This document shows positions 49,281-63,029 of a stretch of DNA of 64,000 nucleotides, piece after piece. How positions within the stretch are numbered: the stretch's first letter is position 1; every line of letters begins with the position of its first letter. Position numbers and translations under genes: made by a program. The notes beneath the pieces were generated by a model, which made no database searches, had not been told where the DNA came from, and worked only from the letters and a program-made list of their open reading frames with translations. This stretch comes from Scyliorhinus canicula. Its lineage: Eukaryota. The DNA lies in assembly GCF_902713615.1 (NCBI RefSeq), contig NC_052171.1, forward strand, positions 22,852,324 through 22,916,323, written 5' to 3'.

Positions 49281-49814
49281 AAAAGTGTTCGTTCATATGT
49301 CTGCGTTTAATACTGAGTGACTGACCTGAGAACGACACAAATTATCTCAATTAAAATATAATGGACATAGTGGAGTCAGAGGGATAAATAGGCGGGTAGT
49401 GTCGATGGGAGAGGAGCGGGCTTGTGCAGTATGGTTTGATTGAAGTATTGGTTTTACGTTGATGTTTGCACATTTTTGTTATCTGTAACTTCTTACAATG
49501 CCGAAAAATACCTCAATACAATTGTTTGTTTAACAAAATATATAATGGACATTACAGCCCCTTTTTAAAATCCATTACATCTTCACCTCAGCTTTGTTTC
49601 AATATTTTATTCAATAAACAAATTTAAAGTAATTGGTCAGTAATCAAAAATTAATCTGTCATAACAGTCGCCAGAATGTGGCGACTAGGGGCTTTTCACA
49701 GCAACTTCATTTGAAGCCTACTTGTGACAATAAGCCAATTTCAATTTTTTCATTTCAACTGTATGTAGATAAGACAGACTCATATATCTATCTGTATTCT
49801 CGTGTAGATGAGAC

Positions 49815-50032
49815 TTTTTTAATCAATTTAGAGTACCCAATTATTTTTTTCCAATGAAGGGGCAATTTAGTGTGTTCAATCCACCTACTCGGCACATCTT
49901 TGGGTTGTGGGGGTGAGACCCACACAGACACGGGGAGAATGTGCAAACTCCACACGGACAGTGACCCAGAGCCGGGATTGAACCTGGGACCTCAGCGCCG
50001 TGAGGCAGCAGAGCTCACCCACTGTGCCGCCC
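49815..50032 (-). mobile_element. family A SINE
   Basis: consensus match. Confidence 0.85.
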
Positions 50033-50206
50033 TATCTCCTGACATGTGTTGTAACAATACAAAGTGTTATTTACTTTCGCCATTTCTGCAGCACCTTTAC
50101 CGAATGTAGCTGTGCATCTTGGGAGGTTGAGGGCGGTGTTGAAAAGAAACCCTCTGTGAAAGATTTACTGTTTCGACACAATCTGTAAATTGAGGGCTTT
50201 GTTCAG

Positions 50207-50470
50207 TGATGCGACCATCAATTCACTCAGAGACACGAGTTGCGGCTTTAATCGACTTACAACTGAGCCTGCCTGCGACTATGCTGAACTGAAGGCAGGC
50301 TCACAAGACCGCAGCACTTCATACTTCCAGTTGTAGGCGGAGCCGAGGGCGGAGCCCTGTACAAGCTCCTCATCTCCCCCTGTGGGCAGAGCCGCGCAAC
50401 GGCTCACAGACAGAGCCCACAGGGACACAGTGATATACAGTGTGGATTTATATGTTATACATTCACCACA
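50207..50470 (-). mobile_element. solo LTR (264 bp)
   Basis: TG...CA ends, 5-bp TSD TTCAG (50202-50206 and 50471-50475), ATTAAA on the minus strand. Confidence 0.8.
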
Positions 50471-50656
50471 TTCAGTTGGGGCAGTCAGTACTGAGTGCTA
50501 TCTTGGAACCCCTGCATTTGTTTGAACTGTGGATGAAAATATCTTCGGGCTCAGCTGCAATATCCTTCCCCCAGCCACAGGCAAACTGTCCAAATTCGCC
50601 ACAAAACCTGTATTTCGGGCAGCACGGTGGCGCAGTGGGTTAGCACTGCTGCCTCT

Positions 50657-53140
50657 GGTGAGCAAGCGGGTGGTATTTGAGGAGGGGGGGGGTATTGTGG
50701 CGGATAAAGGGGGTAGATATATTATGGTGAGTGGCAGGTTGCCGACACGGTCCTGGACCCGGCACTGGATCAGTCTAGGTCTGGATCGGGTAAGAGGCCG
50801 GTAGCGGTCAAGGTCCTGAGGGGGTTCATGGACCAAATGGGGGGAGTGGACCTGTGGAGATTCGCTAGGCCAAGGGCGAAGGAGTTTTCTTTCTTCTCCC
50901 ATGTTCACAAGGCGTACTCACGGATTGACCTTTTCATGGTGAGTAGGGCGCTAATCCCGAGAATGGAGGGGGTAGAGTACTCAGCCATTGCCATCTCGGA
51001 CCATGCCCCACACTGGGTGGAGTTGGGGCTGGGGGAGGAGAGAGGCCAATGCCCTCTGTGGAGACTGGACGAAGGGACTATTGGCGGACGAGGAGGTCTG
51101 TGGGCGGATTCGGAGGAGTATCCAAAGCTATGTGGCGACCAACGATACTGGGGAGGTTTCGGCGAGTGTGGTCTGGGAGGCGCTGAAGGCAGTTATCAGG
51201 GGGGAGCTCATTTCAGTCAGGGCCCACAGGGAGAAGAGGGATAGGATGGCGAGGGAGAGGTTGGTGGGGGTGATACTCAGGGTGGACAGGAGGTATGCGG
51301 AATCCCCCGAGGAGGGGCTGCTAAAGGAGAGCTGGAGCCTGCTGGCGGAGTTTGACTTGCTTACCACAGGGAAGGCAGAGGCTCAGGGGAGGAAGGTACA
51401 AGGAGCGGGGTACGAGTATGGGGAGAAGGCAAGCAGGATGCTGGCGCACCAACTACGGCAGAGAGAGTTGGCTTGGGAAATTGGGGGAATTAGGGACAGG
51501 GGGGGGGGGGGTAACACAGTGCTGAGTTTGGCAAGGGATCAATGTGGTCTTTAAGGACTTTTATGGTGAACTGTGTGAGTCGGAACCCGGGAGGGGGGGG
51601 GGGGGGGGGGGGGGGGGCAATGTGGCTCCTACAGGCCGATATCACTCCTTAATGTAGATGCCAAACTATTGGCCAAGATCCTGGCCACCAGAATTGAGGA
51701 CTGTGTCCCGGGAGTGATCAATGAGGATCAAACGGGGTTAGTGAAGGGCAGGCAGCTGAACACGATTGTGCGGAGGCTCCTGAATGTGATTATGATGCCC
51801 TCGGAAGGAGGGGGATGTAGAAGTGGTGGCAGCAATGGATGCGGAAAAAGCCTTCAATCGGGTGGACTGGGAGTACCTGTGGGAAGTGTGAGGCAGATTT
51901 GGATTTGGAGAGGAATTTATAGGGTGGGTTAAATTACTGTATCAGGCCCCTGTAGCGAGTGTGTCGACGAACCGGCTGCGGTCGGAGTACTTTAGGCTAC
52001 ATTGAGGAACGAGGCAGGGATGCCCCCTGTCCTCCCTGCTGTTAGCCCTGGCAATCGAGCCGTTGGCCATGGCACGGAGGGAGTCCAGTTCGTGAAGATG
52101 ACGGTCCTCCCCAGGTTCTTGTTCGTCTTCCAGTGCCTCCCCATCCTCATCCCCAAGTCCTTCTTCAAGCGGGTGAACAGGATTATTACGGGGTTTGTGT
52201 GGGCAAACAGGACCCCGCGTGTTAAGAGACTGTTCTTAGAGCACAGTCGAGGCGGGGTGGGCTGGCGCTGCTGAACGTCTGCAGCTGCAGGAGGCGGAGG
52301 AGGCCTCGGTGGAAGGCTTGAAGGGCAAGTGGGAGGAGGAGCTGGGTGAGGAGCTGGGTGAGGGCCTGTGGGCAGACACCCTGGGCAGGGTCAATTCCTC
52401 CTCATCTTGCGCCAGGCTCAGCCTGATTCAGTTTAAGGTGGTGCATCAGGTGCATATGACAGGGGTGAGATGAGCAAGTTCTTTGGGGTGGAGGACAGGT
52501 TTGTGAGGTGCTCAGGGAGCCCAGCAAACCATGTCCATATGTTCTGGGCATGCCCGGAACTTACAGAATTTTGGGGAGGCTTTGCAAAGGCCATGTCCAA
52601 GGTCTTGGACACTCGGGTAAAGCCGAGTCTGGGGGATAGCGATATTTGGGGTATCAGAAGATCCGGGAGTGCAGGAGCTGAAAGAGGCCGGAGTCCTGGC
52701 CTTTGCCTCCTTGGTAGCCCGGAGACGGCTCTTGTTAATGTGGAAGGACGTGAATCCCCAAGTGTGGTGACTTGGGTCAGTGACATGGCTGGGTTTCTAA
52801 GTTTGGAGAGGATAAAGTTTGCCTTGAGAGGGTCCTTGCTGGGGTTCTCCAGGCAGTGGAACGTTGTGGAGGTCAGCAGCAGCAGCAGCAACCCAGAGGG
52901 GGTGGGGGTGTGGGGGGGGGGGGGGGGGGGGGGGGTGGGGGGGGGGGGGGGGGAGAGGGGGGCGGTATGGGTGGTGGGTAGATTTTACTTGTAAAGGACA
53001 GAAACCCCACCTTGCTTTGTTAAGTTGTTAATTTGTTTTTCTTTATTATTATTATTATTATGTTTTTTGTTGTTTTCATTCTGTCGTGGTTTGTAAAATT
53101 TTGTTAAAATTTTGAATTAAAAAGAAACCTAAAAAAAAAA
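50657..53140 (+). mobile_element. internally deleted L1/Tx1-like LINE with A-rich tail
   Basis: YSRIDLF..ISDHAP endonuclease end, RPISLLNVDAKLLAKILA, DQTG.VKGR, GTRQGCPLSP and C..C..H..W.C motifs. Confidence 0.9.
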
Positions 53141-53454
53141 GGACTGCCTCATGACACCAGGTCCCAAGGTTGCACCCCCACAACATAAAGATGTGCAGGG
53201 GTAGGTGGATTGGCCATGCTAAATTGCCCTTTAATTAGAAAAAACAGAATTGGATACTCTAAAAAAAAATTTTAAACTTGCATTTCTGCAGAGCTTTCTA
53301 ACACAGTCAGGCTGTTCACATAGAGATCTTAACGAAATCTGACACAGAATGATACAGGGAGATCTGAGGAAACGTGACCAGATGTTTGGTCAGAGAGGTA
53401 GCCGGTGTTAAAGGCCGGAATGAATTTGCGGTGAAGAGGTTTTTTTTTCTTCTT

Positions 53455-54135
53455 TTTTTTAAATAAATTTAGAGTACCCAATTATTTTTTCCAATGAAGG
53501 GACAATTTAGCTTGGCCAATCCACCTACTCTGCACATCTTTGGGTTGTGGGGGTTAGACCCACGCAGACACGGGGAGAATGTGCAAACTCCACACGGACA
53601 GTGACCCAGGGCCGGGATTCGAACCCGGGTCCTCAGCGCCGTGAGGCAGCAGTGCTAACCACTGCGCCACCGTGCTGCCCTCGGTGAAGAGGTTAGAGAG
53701 AGAATTCCAAACCATAGGGCCGAGCTAACGAAAGGCACGGACTCAAGACAAGGCAAAGGAGATTGGGGATGGGCAATTCCCGGAATTCCAGAATCCTTCT
53801 CAGAGGGTTAGAGACTGCAGGGGGTCACAGAGGTTAGGAGAGCACAGAATCCCTACAGTGCAGAAGGAAGCCATTTGGCCCATCGAGTCTTCGAAAGAGC
53901 ACTCTACTCCTGTCCACAGACCCGTCCACACCACACCATCACCGTAACCCCAAAACCTGCTCATTCCTGAACACGCAGCGATTTAGCGTGGCCAATCCAC
54001 TTAGCCCGCACTTCTTTGGACTGTGAGAGGAAACGGGAGCACCTGGAGGAAACCCACACTTCCTCCATAGAATCCTGACAACACAGGAGGCCTCGAGGCC
54101 CATCGAGTCTGTACTGACCCTCTGCAAGAGCACCC
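53455..54135 (-). mobile_element. SINEs A (53455-53681) and B (53845-54135)
   Basis: consensus match. Confidence 0.8.
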
Positions 54136-54264
54136 CATCTGTTTAATATGAATTAGCGTAGGGGCAGCAGAGTTTTGGATTTGTCCAAGGATGAAATGGG
54201 AAGTGGGTCAGGACAGCATTGAATAATTGAGTTTACGGGAAAGAAACGCTTTGTTAAAAATGTA

Positions 54265-55470
54265 TTTACGGGGCAGTACAGTGCCGGGGTGACCGGGATG
54301 GGGGATGTGGCGGAGGAGCTGTGGCTATCGGGGTGACCGGGATGGGGGACGTGCCGGGTGGCGGAGGAGAGGGCTGTGGTTGCCGGGGTGACCAGGATCG
54401 GGGACGTGCCGGGTGGCGGAGGAGCGAGCTGTGGCTATCGGGGTGACCAGGATCGGGGACGTGCCGGGTGCCAGAGAAGAGGGCTGGATGACACCCCACG
54501 AGTTAGCACAACGTGCAGCGGTGGACGTCCGGCTTGTGGCCAATGCTATCCGAGAGCTCAGATCCGGTGGCATCGTGGTTGAGAGGATGCGGAGGTGTGT
54601 GGTGGTATCCTGTCCGGGTGAACCCCTGTCCGGACAGAATTCCACATTGGCCCCAGGCCCTGAAACCTCCCTCGGGGTTGGTGCCCCACAATCCGAGCTG
54701 CCTCACGGAAATGCCCTCCGTGCCCTATCGCACTGCGCCGAGGGGTTTCCTGTCCGGGCTGCTGTTGCCACCCTTCACCCCCTTACCCTCGCCCGCCGTC
54801 CGGACACGCCATGGCGTGCCTTGCTGCTGTCCGGCCGTGGAAGGTCCCCACTGGAGGTCCCTCTATGGAGAAGTCCTCCCTCTCAATCCTGGGGACCTGG
54901 GGTGGAGGTTACCGCAATGCCGTACAATCACCGATTGCACCGGTTCACCGTCTCCCACGAAGTCCTCCCACGGCCGGCCATTTTTGCGGCCTTGTGGAGT
55001 CCGCCCACGTCTATGTTACGTGTTTATGGCTGTTTTCTGACCAATCCATTGTTGAGGTTTTGTTCAGCCCCACGCTCCGGATCGACGGGCACCGAGTGCA
55101 GAGAGGGGCGGGGAAGGCGGAGGACCTCCTTGTGAACCTGCTCCTGGGCCTGGCGAAGCGCCCCATTTATAGGACCAGGCAGCGGCCAACCGAGGGGGTC
55201 GTCCAGTCCGACTGTCTGCCCCTCTTCCCCGGCTTCATTCGCAGCCTGGTGACCCTGGAATGGGAGCACGCGACATCCATGGGGACAATCGAGGCCTTCC
55301 ATTCCGGGTGGGCACTGCGGGGGTAGGGGGGACCTCTTCAACCACACTCTTTATTGATGTTTTTAAGTTTACCGTTGATCTTTGTTACGTCGGGGCAGTG
55401 CCCCTGACAGGAGCGGCAATTTTTGGGTTTGTCCCAAAGTTTGTTTCCTTTCTTCTGTTTGGTTGACCTC
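54265..55470 (+). mobile_element. Tx1-like LINE 3' region with a short GC-rich internal tandem repeat
   Basis: GDLGWR, FCGLVES.HVYVTC and LLVNLLLGLAK..IY motifs. Confidence 0.75.
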
Positions 55471-56027
55471 AAAGGAGTGGCCAATCCATATCGCCTGCAC
55501 ATCTTTATGGGTTGTGGGGGCGAAACCCACGCAAACACGGGGACAATGTGCAAACTCCACACGGACAGTGACCCAGAGCCGGGATCGAACCTGGGACCTC
55601 GGCGCCGTGAGGCAAACCACTGTGCTGTCTCTCATTGGATCTTAATTGGAGAATTGAGCACATAATCTGGACCGATACTCCCAGCCCCAATACTGAGGGA
55701 GTGCTGATTTCCAGATGTACCCTACTCTGGAGAAGAGTTTAACTGAAGCCCTCCTGCAAAGATCCCACAGCCACTCATTGAAGAAGAACAAGGGACTTCG
55801 ACCCAATATTTATTCCTTAATTAGCATCTCCAAAAAGAACAATCAGGTGACTTCTCTCATTGCTATTTATGGAATCTTGCTGTGCCCAGAATAACTGTCA
55901 AGTTTCCTGTATTGTAACAAGATTTCAGAAGCACTTCATGTGGCTCTAAGTGACATTAGGATGTGATGAGTTGGTGAAAGACTTTCTCGGATTGCAAATT
56001 CTTTCTTTAGCAGGTGCATACATACAT

Positions 56028-56361
56028 ACAATTTACAGTGCAGAAGGAGGCCATTCAGCCCATCGAGTCTGCACGGGCTCTTGGAAAGAGCACCCTACCC
56101 AAGGTCAACACCTCCACCCTAGCCCCATAACCCAGTAGCCCCAACCAACACTAAGGGCAATTTTGGACACTAAGGGCAATTTATCATGGCCAATCCACAT
56201 CTTTGGACTGTGGGAGGAAACCGGAGCACCCGGAGGAAACCCACGCAGACACGGGGAGGACGTGCAGACTCCGCACAGACAGTGACCCAAGCCGGGAATC
56301 GAACCTGGGACCCTGGAGCTGTGAAGCGATTGTGCTATCCACAATGCTACCGTGCTGCCCC
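56028..56361 (-). mobile_element. family B V-SINE
   Basis: consensus match. Confidence 0.88.
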
Positions 56362-56899
56362 CAATGTGGCAGTGACATGGTTAAAAATGAAGCCCATTGG
56401 CTTTAATTGGGATTGATTCACACAATTGCTTCCACCTGGGCTGAGCAGCTTTATTTGGAAAACCTTGAGTCTGAGATTGATTCTGCTTTTTCCTCTCTCT
56501 GCTCACCTCTGGAGTTGGGTAAGTGTGGCTGATGGTGTGAGTTCCCCCTGGTGAGTCACAGTGATGTGTGGAGCCTGTTTGTGCTGCTTTGTGCCCTGGT
56601 TCCCAATGCAGCATTGTTGGGAGTTGTTGACAAGATGTGGGCTGTGAAGACCTCAATGATATCTTCTGAAAAATGGTGTTCCAAAAGAAACTGTTTCCTG
56701 TGGGTGTAACACTGGGGATTGGGGTGGATTTTATTTATTTTTGGGGTCTAAGGATTTGAGAGAATTTATTCTTTGCTCCAATTTCAGTGGGCTGCTGATG
56801 GGAGGGGGATGGGAGAGTACAGCTCTTCACTTATAAGGTTTTACTGTCTAAACATCTTTTTGTATTATCATTATGTTTGATCCAACATCCTCTAGTTTT

Positions 56900-58260
56900 T
56901 TTTTAAACCAAGTCACTGGTTAGGCCAGCATTTATTGTCCATCCCAAACTTCCCTCAAGATGGTGGTGGTGAGCTGCCTTCTTGAGCAGCTGCAATCCCT
57001 GTGGTGTAGGTACAGCCACTGTGCTGTTAGGGAGGGAGCTCCAGGATGTTGCCCCAGTGACAGTGAAGGAACGGCCGATATATTTCCCAGTCAGGGTGGG
57101 GAGTGACTTGGAGGGGAACCTTCAGGTGGTGGAGTTCCCAGGTATCTGCTGCCCTTGTCCTTCTAGATGGTAGTGGCCGTGGGTTTGGAAGGTGCTGTCT
57201 CAGGAACCTTGGTGAGTTCCTGTGGGTGCATCTTGTAGATGGTACACACGGCTGCTGCTGTTCATGGAGTACCCAATTGTTTGTTTTTTTTCCAATTAAG
57301 GGGCAATTTGGAGTGGCCAATCCATCTAACCACATCTTTGGGTTGTGGGGGTGAGACCCATGCAAACACCAGGAGAATGTGCAAACTCCACATGGAGAGT
57401 GACTCAGGGCTGGGAGTCGAACCTGTGTCTGCAGTGTTGCAGTCCCAGTGCTAACCACTGCAATATGCTGCCAACATTGTTCATTGATGTTGGAGGGTTT
57501 GAATGTTTGTGGAAGGGGAAACAATCAAGCAGGGCTGCTTTGTCCTGGATGGTGTTGAGCTTCTTGAGTGTTGATGGAGCTGTGCACTCATCCAGGCAAG
57601 TGGAGAGTATTCCATCACACTCCTGACTTGTGCCTTGTAGATGGTGGACAGGCTCTGGGGGGGTCAGGAGGATTCTCACTGCAGGATTCTGAGCTTCTGA
57701 TTTTCTTTGGTAGCCACAGTATTTGCCTGGCTAGTCCAGCCCATGTTAACCCCCATGGTTACTGATTGAGTTTGTGATGGATATGCTGTTGAATGCTCTC
57801 TTGTTGAGTCATTACCTGGCACTGTGTGGTTTGTGGTGTGAATGTTAATTGCCACTTGTCAGCTCAAGTCAGGATATTGTCCAGGTCTTGCTGTATTTGG
57901 ACATGGACTGCTTCATTAGCTGAGTGCAAATGACCCTTTAATATTGTACAAGTGTCCCTACTTAAGTCTGTATGGTGGGAAAGTCATTGATGAAGCAGCT
58001 GATGGTTGGAACTAGGACACTACCCTGAGTAACTTCTGTATGGATATCCTGGAATGGAGATGATTGACCTCTACCATATTCCTTTTGAACTAGGTATGAC
58101 TCAACTAGCGAGGGATTATCCCTCCCTGATTCCCAATCATTTTTTTAGGGCTCCTTGATGCCACAGTCAAATGCTTCGTGATATTGAGGCCAGTCACTCT
58201 CCTCACCTTGGGAGTTAAGCGCTCTGTCCATTTTGGACCAAGGTTGTAATGTAGGAGTGT
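56900..58260 (-). mobile_element. decayed CR1-group LINE with a family A SINE inserted (57268-57472)
   Basis: STLKKLNTIQDKAA and LRQHLPNPRPLPSRRTRAA remnants. Confidence 0.75.
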
Positions 58261-59330
58261 TTGTTCCATTTCTCTTCCTGATGTCTTTGCTGCTCCATCA
58301 GTTTCTTGTGTAAATGCTGACTTAAGTTTCGGTCGCCAAAGAAATTCCTGATGCCAGGAAACACATTGTCACGAGTAGGCTTCAATGAAGTTACTGTGAA
58401 AAGCCCCTAGTCGCCACATTCCGCGTCTGTTCGGGGAGGCCGGTACAGGAATTGAACCCTTGCTGCTGGCCTTGTTCTGCATTACAAGCCAGCTGTCTTA
58501 GCCCACTGTGCTAAACCAACCCCGACAAGGTGGACTATTGGTTATGGGATGGTTGGAAGGGTGTTGGCCAGTGAATCGATGGGATTTGGGTATGTGGAGA
58601 GGGAGGGGCCTGAACTCTGGTTTGGTGGAAATGTTGGGATGGTGAAGTGGGCGGGGGAGATGGGAGAGAGATTGTGAAACCCTTCCCTTTCTGCTCCGAT
58701 GACGGGGTCCATTCTTGGGCCTAGTGTGAAATGAGCCTTTCCCCTTTGGTCAAGTTCAAATTGAAGGATTTTATTTTGTGTTATAGAACCCTGAAGAATG
58801 ACTTCGAACAAAAACAACAAATCGGATACGCCAGTTGCCGTATTGTGGAGTAAGGATCACACTTTAATCAGTCCATCAATTTGTGTTACTTTTTTAGTTT
58901 CTGATTTGACCTCTTTGATGAAATACGCATGTTGTGTTTTTACCGTTTAGGATTTATCTTGCAACTATAATTCCATAATAGTTTGTGGACACAGTCCTTT
59001 GTCACCGAGACTTTCATCAATTTGACCTCGTGACCTCAGGACTTAAAGCATTTCACAGCCAATCAAGTACTTTGGTGAAGTGTGTCCCTAACCAATAGCA
59101 TCCTGCACAACCTGCCTCCCCCCTCCCCCCCCCCCCCCCCCCCCAGTCTATACTGTGTACTGGGCAGTCCATGGTTTATCTATGGATTGAGGGGTTGATT
59201 CTGACCATGAAGTGATTGGGAAAGGTGTTGAGGTTGGAGTGAGAGAATGTGATCTTTCATGTTGGGAGCACGATTCCCATCTTCCGATTGTCAGATGGAA
59301 GTCTCTAAATTGTCAACTTGACGCATGGGA

Positions 59331-60950
59331 GGGCGGCACGGTGGCGCACTGGTTAGCACTACTGCCTACTGCCCACAGCACTTGGGACCCGGGTTCGAAT
59401 CCTGGCCCTGGGTCCGTGTGGAGTTTGCACATTCTCCCCGTGTCTGCGTGGGTTTCACCCCCACAACCCAAAGATGTGCAGGGTAGGTGGATTGGCCATG
59501 CTAAATTGCCCCTTAATTGGAAAAAATGAATTGGGTACTTTAAATTTTTTTTTTAAACTTGCGCATGTTAAATTACAACAAAATTGTGACTCGTGGACTT
59601 TCCCATCTAACCCGCCTGTTTGCTCATCATCCTCCAAACGTGTCCGCCTGCTGCCCTCTGATCTCTCCTCCTGCAACCTCTTGGGAATTCTCCAAATCCA
59701 GGAAGTTGCTACATGGCTGTGAAGAGTTCTTGATGGCAAGAATCATGATGGCCAACAGTGGCTGCAGTTTAGTGTTTTTGATGTTTTATTTGTTTCTTTT
59801 GGAGGAATAACGTTGAATTCATTGCAGGCTGTGAGTTGAATGCGGGTCAGACCACACAGAAGTTTCAAATTGCAGACAACGAGATCTGGGAACATCAGCT
59901 GGCTTTGAAGACGGTGAGGAGATGCATGTTCCTCTTCCATGACTTTCATTTAGGCTCCTGACATCTTGGGAGGCGTTCATTGTCCCAGGGTGTACATAGC
60001 AATCTGACCAAAAGTAGCACCTTCTTCTCAGGAGGGATTCTTACCAGCTCTGGTCAGAGGTACCATAATCCCTACAGTGCAGAAGGTGGCCATTCGGCCC
60101 ATTGATTCTGCACCAGCACTCTGAAAGAGCACCCTAAATTGGCCCACTCCCCCACCCTATCCCTGTAACCCCACCTAATCTGCACACCTCGGGACACGAG
60201 GGCCAATCCACCTCATCATGCAGACACTGGAGAACCACTGGAGATATAATCCCAAACAACCCTGCCCAGTGCAAGAACATCTCGCCACCTCCCCCGCTGG
60301 CAGTGACGGCAGCACAGTCGTTAGCAGCTTCACGGCTCCAGGGTCCCAGGTTCGATTCCCGGCTTGGGTCACTGTCTGTGTGGAGTCTGCACGTCCTCCC
60401 CGTGTCTGCGTGGGTTTCCTCCGGGTGCTCCGGTTTCCTCCCACAGTCCAAAGATGTGCAGGTTAGGTGGATTGGCCATGATAAATTGCCCTTTGCCCAA
60501 AAAGGTGGGGTGGGGTTACGGAGATAAGGTGGAGGTGTGGGCTTGGGTACAGCTCTTTCCAAGGGTCAGTGCAGACTCGATGGGCTGAATGGCCTCCTTC
60601 TGCACTGTAGATTCCATGATTCGGTGTTTGTAAAAATAAATAACACACCGTGAAGTCCCTGTCATTCTCTACCCAGACTCCCGAAAATTAATCTTGGATA
60701 CTGGAGTTTAAAATCCATCCCAAGGTTGGATGCTTTTGAGTGAGGTGTGTGACGGGGCAGCGCAGTGGTTAGCACTGCTGCCTCACTGCACCCGAGAGCC
60801 CAGGTTCAATCCCGACCCCAGGTCACTGTCCGTGTGGAGTTTGCACATTCTCCCCTTGTCTGCAAGCATCTCGCACCCCTAACCCCAAAGATGTGCAGGG
60901 TAGGTGGATTGGCCATGCTAAATTGCCCCTTAATTTGAAAAAAAATAAGT
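59331..60950. mobile_element. SINE cluster: A(+) 59331-59557, B(-) 60068-60210, B(+) 60300-60620, A(+) 60754-60950
   Basis: consensus match. Confidence 0.8.
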
Positions 60951-61609
60951 TGAAATGTGGGCCAAAGTGTTTCAGGCATCAGCGCAAACCTGGCAGAGAT
61001 TATCTGTGTTGTTTCTTTTGAGGAAATTCCTCCATGTTTCTGCTTCATTTCGAGATGGGAATGATTTGTGCAAGAGCAGGCTTGGATGTATCTCCATAGT
61101 GGCCCTGGATTATATCTACTTGGGCAAGGTTAAAGGTCATTTTGGTGCCTTCTGGGAATATTAGCTCTATCAAGGTGACTCACCAGCATTCCTAAGGCCT
61201 GGGTTAAGTGGCCAATGTGTCTATTTGGTCATGTTGGTTCACGGACAAGATGTCAACCCACAACGCCAGAAGAGCAGTTTGCTCTTTAAACAGCGCGGGG
61301 AATTTTGCACTCCTGCACCACAGCAAGCATAATGGGCCTTGCCTTAACATTTCCATCAAAAAGACAGCACCCCTGGTAGTGCAGCAGTCCCTCGCCACTA
61401 CACTGGACTGTCCGCTGAGATCATATTAGCACCTGTGGCCTGTCGCACATCTTGTGAAATTTAATGACCATGGGTTTGCGGCTGTCCAGCGACACGGAGG
61501 TGACTCCAGAGGGTGGGAGGGTATCAAATGTAGAAACTGATGGTTCACTGTCATTTTTGCTGTATAAAACTGGTTCCTGTTGGGATGCAATACAGGAAGA
61601 GTAGTGACC

Positions 61610-62030
61610 ATTCGTGTGGCAGGTCGCTCCACTCTGATCATATCGAGGCACATAAAATACTAAAAGGGATTGATAAAGTAAACGGAGACCAAATGTTTCC
61701 CCGTGTGGGGCAATCGAGAACGAGAGGTCACTGATACAGGCTGAGAGGCGGTGATGTAAAACTGAGATGAGGGGGGAACTATTTCTTGCACAGGGTAGTG
61801 AATTTGTGGAACTCGTTGCCCTATCGTGTGGAGGAATCTGAATCATTAAATGGTTTCAAGAGGGAGATATGTTTCTGATTTTTAAAACAAATTAAAGGGA
61901 TCTGGGGAACAGGTGGGGAGGTGGATTTGAGACCAGGAAGAGATCAGCCATGATCTGATTGAATAACTGAGCAGGCTGGAAGGGCTGAATGGCCTCCTTC
62001 TGCTCCAAATTCCGATACTCCCATATGTTG
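61610..62030 (+). mobile_element. CR1 3' fragment
   Basis: IEAHKILKGIDKV..SRTRGH motif plus CR1 3' UTR. Confidence 0.85.
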
Positions 62031-63029
62031 AGGAAATGTCTATAAACGAAGAAGACTAGCCGATCTTTCTCCTTGCTAAGAGTATTTTCAGAGTGAGGCG
62101 CACCCTGAACATGTGGCTGAGCAGTTATGTAAAGTTAACCAATTGCTTTTGTTCCAGGTGACAGTCTAGTGTTCAGTATATGGTTCAGTATATGGTTATT
62201 TGACTCCTAGATATGTCTGGGAGTTGGTGCAAAGGATGAGCTGAACATTGTGGAAATAGTCCCAGAGAATCAGGGTGCAGCCGTTCCGATTGCTGCCCTG
62301 CAACTTTCCATATTGCCAATGGTTAGTCACTCTCAGCTTTTCTGCTGTTTGAACATTTCTGCTCACGTTCCCATCTTCAAGATTTTCAACCACTTGGTGA
62401 TGGTGTCACCTTTGCTGATGGGTTTTCTCTCTCTCCTGTTTTGCTCCTGCCTTCACTTTTGAGCGTTCCGAGTTTAGACTTGTGTTTTGCAGCATGTGAA
62501 TATTGTCCACTGTCCTGATCTCTTTCCAGACCACCATCTCTGGCATTGAGCTGACTCCTCCAGTTACTTTCCGATTGAAGAGTGGATCTGGACCCGTGTA
62601 TATAACTGGTCAAAACATGGTCTGTAAGTATGAGACCGCTTCTTTCTCTCTCTCTCTTCTATTTTTAATAACTCGAGGGGCTGAGTTCTTCACCCCTGCA
62701 TGTGAGCACCTGATGGGGAGCAGGAATAGACCATTCAGCCCCTCTAGCGTGATTGGATTGTGGCCTCAACTTCGCATTGTGCCAACCACTGATGACGTTT
62801 GACTCCCTCATCAATCAATAATCCAGCTTTCACAAACAACCAATGCCCCAGCTTCTGCTGGAGGAGATTTCCACAAACTGACAGCCCAGGGCTCTCTCCA
62901 TCTGAAAATGGAAAGCCGCTTATTTTCGATCCGTTTTCCCAAACACTTGCCTTTCCCACAAGAGCAAGCTTCCTTTCAGCATCCACTCTGTCTGGTCTCC
63001 TCAGGAACTTTTATTCTTTTTTTTGGGAA

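Noticed and set aside
47316-49282. Active CR1 or host RT gene
   Set aside because: Two frameshifts, no ORF1, and the RT is truncated before the catalytic YADD/FADD motif
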